Shown here piece by piece: positions 11,499 through 14,664 of a DNA stretch of 14,664 bases. The position numbers and the translations under genes are program-made. Numbering within the stretch: the first letter of the stretch is position 1; each line of letters starts with the position of its first letter. The notes beneath the pieces are model-generated. The model was given only the letters and a program-made list of their open reading frames with translations, did no database searches and was not told the DNA's origin. Source of the stretch: a virus (lineage: Duplodnaviria > Heunggongvirae > Uroviricota > Caudoviricetes); IMG/VR virus record IMGVR_UViG_3300029745_000175. One strand, 5' to 3'.

Positions 11499-11714
11499 TT
11501 ACTCTCTTCTCGCAACCTTACGCCTGTCTTCTTTAATCTTGAAATAAAGGTTTGTCAGATACGTCAGCAGGCCAAAAACCAGACTACCCAGCACACCGAT
11601 TGCAGCCCACTGTGACGGAGTTACTTTATCGAGTAACTGCAATGCCCAGAAACCAGCATTACCAGCCGATGTGCCATAGGCGATACCTGTTGTTAACTTA
11701 TCCATTGATTTCAT
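11499..11714 (-). CDS. S: Class II holin / pinholin (phage 21 S-like, 71 aa) with dual-start motif MKSM
   Basis: [71 protein letters not shown]: two transmembrane segments (the first weakly hydrophobic, SAR-like), a charged C-terminus, and start codons at codons 1 and 4 as in S21 71/68. Confidence 0.9.
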   Translation of the reverse strand: MKSMDKLTTGIAYGTSAGNAGFWALQLLDKVTPSQWAAIGVLGSLVFGLLTYLTNLYFKIKEDRRKVARRE

Positions 11715-11932
11715 ATCCTCACCCCGATGTACACAGATGGTGCAATATGTTTGAAAAGATCGGAGTCTATGGGTTAGTTTTTATAGCAAACGTTGTTCTC
11801 AACGGCGCTAAAAAACAGACACATTAAAAATGTGGGTAATTATTTTAAAAGAAAATCATATATTAAATAATAATACGAGATATGTTTTCATATTTAGTGT
11901 ACTGTATACGGCCATTTATACAGGAAAAGCCT

Positions 11933-12103
11933 ATGTCAGAACGTAAAGACTCAAAATCACGCCGTAATTATCTCGTTAAATGTTCCTGCCCAAACTGCAC
12001 CCAAGAGTCAGAACACAGTTTTTCAAGAGTACAAAAAGGTGCCCTTTTGATCTGCCCTCATTGCAACAAAGTATTCCAGACAAATCTTAAAGCTGTAGCT
12101 TGA
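11933..12103 (+). CDS. Small zinc-ribbon protein, 56 aa (CxxC ... CxxC), moron between holin and cspB
   Basis: MSERKDSKSRRNYLVKCSCPNCTQESEHSFSRVQKGALLICPHCNKVFQTNLKAVA; AGGAAA upstream of ATG 11933. The six-frame track extends it upstream to 11882, but that N-terminus lacks a ribosome-binding site. Confidence 0.55.
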   Translation: MSERKDSKSRRNYLVKCSCPNCTQESEHSFSRVQKGALLICPHCNKVFQTNLKAVA

Positions 12104-12162
12104 TTGATTTTATTCGTAACAAGTATTTTTTATATTTTAATAACATATTTAAAGCAGATAAT

Positions 12163-12188
12163 AAAAAACCCGCCTGAGCGGGTTTAAT
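12163..12188. terminator. Bidirectional intrinsic terminator between the zinc-ribbon gene (+) and cspB (-)
   Basis: AAAAAACCCGC ctga GCGGGTTT: stem 12168-12173 / 12178-12183, with an A-tract before and a T-tract after, so it reads as a terminator in both orientations. Confidence 0.55.
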
Positions 12189-12466
12189 ATTGTGGTACTT
12201 TTTGTGGGAGTCATCCACTTACGCACTTTGTTTTGCTATGCCAGCAGTTAGCTTCTGCTGTAAAACTATTCATGCAGCAAACCTGCACTTCACCACAATG
12301 GTTAGCATACTTTTCCTGATTAAGTTATTGCCAAATATGCTGGCCATTGTTTCATGTATTGGACCTCCTTACTATTTATTAAAGAGATCCAATATTCACC
12401 ACTCTGTCTGTATCTCCACTCAGGCATCAGCCTTCTTCGTTATCGTATACAGACAAACTATGAATT

Positions 12467-12682
12467 TTAATCAGTAATTATGACATTTGCTGCTGCAGGA
12501 CCTTTAGCACCACTCTCTACAGAGAAGGTAACCTTTTGACCTTCAAATAAGGTTCGAAAATTATCATTCTGAATCGCAGAAAAATGCACAAACACATCTT
12601 TACTACCATCAACAGGAGAAATAAAGCCAAAACCTTTATCAGCGTTAAACCATTTTACTAAACCAGTCATTTTATTTGACAT
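12467..12682 (-). CDS. cspB: Cold shock protein, CspA family (CspB-like, 71 aa)
   Basis: [67 protein letters not shown]...; ATG at 12682; divergent from cspF with a 300-bp shared upstream region. Confidence 0.9.
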   Translation of the reverse strand: MSNKMTGLVKWFNADKGFGFISPVDGSKDVFVHFSAIQNDNFRTLFEGQKVTFSVESGAKGPAAANVIITD

Positions 12683-12982
12683 TCTACATTCCTTAACTTG
12701 AGCCTTTCGGCATAAATGGCTTGTATAACAGAAACGACTTCGTACTTAATTGGAGAGACTCAAAGAAGGAATAAGTGAATAACACCTGAAATGAGAACTG
12801 CTTTAGTAAACTACTTCGTATATCGTCTGTTCTTCAAACCGACGCAATCATTAACGCATAGTTGAACATATGAAGCAATGTTTATTTTAGACATCCAGCC
12901 ATCTTCAACCCCATCAAAAAACTATAGCTTTCTTCAGGAACGTGTGTATAGTGCGCCCAGTTATCAGTATTAAGGAATTTTT

Positions 12983-13195
12983 TTGTCCCGTAAAATGACA
13001 GGAATTGTCAAAACCTTTGACGGCAAAAGCGGCAAGGGTCTTATCACCCCATCCGATGGTCGTATCGATGTCCAGCTTCATGTTTCAGCGCTCAATCTCC
13101 GCGATGCAGAAGAAATTACCACCGGATTACGCGTGGAATTTTGCCGGATAAATGGTCTGCGTGGCCCTTCAGCTGCCAATGTTTACCTTTCATGA
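12983..13195 (+). CDS. cspF: Cold-shock-domain protein, CspF/CspH-like (70 aa; lacks the canonical aromatic RNP residues)
   Basis: [70 protein letters not shown]. Apparent TTG start at 12983 with AAGGA 6 nt upstream; an alternative ATG lies at 12995. Confidence 0.85.
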
Positions 13196-13249
13196 GCTAT
13201 ATTAAAGCTTTAATTTCAGGCCCCATCGAATCAAACATGGAGAGTTTTC

Positions 13250-13339
13250 ATGAATAACCCCGTCTGTCTTGATGACTGGTTGATTGGCTTTAAAAGCTTA
13301 TGCTGTACTTTGACCGTAATAGCTCTGCTAATAATGTAA
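13250..13339 (+). CDS. Candidate small protein, 29 aa ([29 protein letters not shown]), downstream of cspF
   Basis: Strong Shine-Dalgarno GGAGAG 5 nt before ATG 13250; TAA at 13337; lies between cspF and the terminator at 13476-13501. Confidence 0.3.
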   Translation: MNNPVCLDDWLIGFKSLCCTLTVIALLIM

Positions 13340-13475
13340 TATGCAGACTCATTGTATCTAGGGACATAGTACTGGAAGAAAACATTTTAAACATCAGGCA
13401 AAGTCACCCGATAAATAATAAGTAAACAAACATGAATCCCGGAATGAGATTCAACATCTCTATTACCCTATTTAA

Positions 13476-13501
13476 AGCACAAAAACCCGCTCATCAGCGG
13501 G
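13476..13501 (-). terminator. tR'-like intrinsic terminator ending a short PR' transcript of about 65 nt (6S-RNA analogue); the hairpin is also terminator-like on the plus strand, downstream of cspF
   Basis: Minus strand CCCGC tgatga GCGGG followed by TTTTTGTGCTTT; the stem is extendable through flanking A/T pairs. Confidence 0.65.
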
Positions 13502-13538
13502 TTTTCTACTTTTTCTTAACGTCGGGTATATAAAGCCC

Positions 13539-13579
13539 ATCGTTGAAAAAATTTTATCCATATTTTTTGAAAAATGCAA
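13539..13579 (-). promoter_or_regulatory. Late promoter PR' with a promoter-proximal sigma70 pause element (qut-like region) directly downstream of Q
   Basis: Minus strand -35 TTGCAT (13579-13574), 17-bp spacer, -10 TAAAAT (13556-13551), predicted +1 A at 13544, then AACGATGGG (13544-13536), the same initial transcribed motif as lambda PR' (AACGATGGG), with a second -10-like TTTATATA about 15-25 nt downstream. Confidence 0.6.
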
Positions 13580-13610
13580 GCATTACGTCGCCATCTTCGG
13601 CGAAAATCAT

Positions 13611-14264
13611 TTATCTCGTCACTTTTCTTAATTGCACCTCAGCATATGCTTCTTCCTGCCAGCACTTTGTAACCAGTTTATCAATGACATCTGCATATCC
13701 TTTGTACCACTGATAATCAGTCAGGTCTGGTACCAGCTTCTGGACATGACACCGCGCCAGTGTCGTTGGTAAACGACTAAACCGGTTTCCATTGCAACGC
13801 CCACAAATCTTATAAACAGGCGCGCCATGAAGCCGGGTCCTTTTTTCATCCAGGACAATACCTTTACCCTTACACCCTCTGCACGCTGTGCTGACTTCTC
13901 CCTTACCATGACAATGCTGACATAGTTCCTTCACCCACTCTTCCTTGATAACAGACTCCCCGCTTCTGGAGTATTTCACCACTTCGCGCAATACATTATG
14001 AAATCCAGTACCAGCACAAGGCTCACAGCGAGCCTTACTTGCCGCAGACCTGGAATAATCAGCAAAGGCAAAACTCACAAGGTAAGGGATGATCTGTAAC
14101 CGGATTTCTTCACTCAATTTGTTCAATGTCGGGTTATCCAGTGCCATCGCGTAATTGAGCAGACCTTCAATCGCAAACTGAGGATCCTGAACGCCAGCTT
14201 TTGCCAGGAATAAGGCAAACCCAAGCGGTGCTTTCGACTGCACCATCCCCTGCGCAGCCATCAC
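13611..14264 (-). CDS. Late-gene antitermination protein Q-like (QuuQ-type, four CxxCxGxG zinc-finger-like repeats), 217 aa from GTG 14264 / ATG 14261; possibly N-terminally truncated
   Basis: CEPCAGTG, CQHCHGKG, CRGCKGKG and CGRCNGN motifs; position immediately upstream of PR'/tR' and the lysis cassette. No good ribosome-binding site; an in-frame TGA lies 31 codons upstream (14358-14360). Confidence 0.75.
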   Translation of the reverse strand: MMAAQGMVQSKAPLGFALFLAKAGVQDPQFAIEGLLNYAMALDNPTLNKLSEEIRLQIIPYLVSFAFADYSRSAASKARCEPCAGTGFHNVLREVVKYSRSGESVIKEEWVKELCQHCHGKGEVSTACRGCKGKGIVLDEKRTRLHGAPVYKICGRCNGNRFSRLPTTLARCHVQKLVPDLTDYQWYKGYADVIDKLVTKCWQEEAYAEVQLRKVTR

Positions 14265-14490
14265 ATCCGTAATCGTTAAACCACCTGACCAGGGTGCAAC
14301 GATGAGGGCATTTATGGAGCCGCGACAAAGTGTGGTGCCGTAACTGGCTAAGTGCTCTCAGCGTTGTGGTAATCCGCGAAATGGCGCGGCGGTAAGTATG
14401 GCGGGGTTACTCTTTCCCCGTTGAGGACACCGGATTGTCAGGTTGACCATACGCCTGAGTGACAACCCCACCACAACAGCCACTGCTTTG

Positions 14491-14625
14491 GCGGTACCAG
14501 TTTGTACCCTTGCTTCCAGCTGGTACCGCTCTTTTTACAAAACAGAGAAGAGCATCACCGGACGACGGGCTCATAACCCAATCCATCCGGGCGGCTGCCA
14601 CCGCAGGTGTTCTTCTCTGTTTTGT
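14491..14625. repeat. Two tandem long inverted repeats upstream of Q: 10-bp GCGGTACCAG/CTGGTACCGC (14491-14500 / 14520-14529) and 15-bp ACAAAACAGAGAAGA/TCTTCTCTGTTTTGT (14537-14551 / 14611-14625)
   Basis: Perfect reverse-complement arms read directly from the sequence; a T-rich run (TCTTTTTACAAAAC) follows the first hairpin on the plus strand. Confidence 0.45.
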
Positions 14626-14664
14626 GGAGAAACCAACCGACCTTGCAGGGTCGATATGATGAGG

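Noticed and set aside
12190-12477. 95-aa hydrophobic plus-strand ORF downstream of the zinc-ribbon gene
   Set aside because: Starts inside the bidirectional terminator and runs through the cspB 3' region; no ribosome-binding site; composition is consistent with a chance ORF in AT-rich DNA.
14407-14659. 64-aa minus-strand and 66-aa plus-strand ORFs upstream of Q
   Set aside because: They overlap each other and the long inverted repeats, and the translations are low-complexity. They are kept only as a possible C-terminal end of an upstream gene entering from beyond the window, not called as CDS.

Overview
This 14.7-kb window is the right-hand (tail-fibre / lysis) end of a defective lambdoid prophage of the lambda/Qin type in an E. 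coli-like host, ending at a 62-nt 3' fragment of tRNA-Ser(CGA) (att core, 17-78). All calls rest on reading the sequence and on remembered protein families; no searches were run. Almost all genes are on the minus strand; in transcription order (high to low coordinate) they are: Q-like antiterminator, a lambda-like PR'/pause/tR' module, cold-shock morons cspF(+) and cspB, a small zinc-ribbon ORF(+), pinholin S, a YdfR-like ORF, SAR endolysin R, Rz with embedded Rz1, then morons cspI, a 76-aa ORF and gnsB. Next comes a degenerate cos-like site and a 12-codon ORF start fused to the last 66 codons of tape-measure gene H, so the head and most tail genes are deleted. Tail-tip genes M, L, K, I follow, then J, which is cut at codon 820 and joined out of frame to the C-terminal 170 codons of stf, then tfa and about 850 bp of AT-rich DNA up to att. 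No integrase, CRISPR array or IS element is visible. The most interesting unexplained items are a plus-strand 86-aa gene embedded antisense in the lysis cassette, the J-stf junction sitting on a slippery heptamer, the cos/H deletion scar, a structured region upstream of Q, and a small plus-strand transcription unit next to att.
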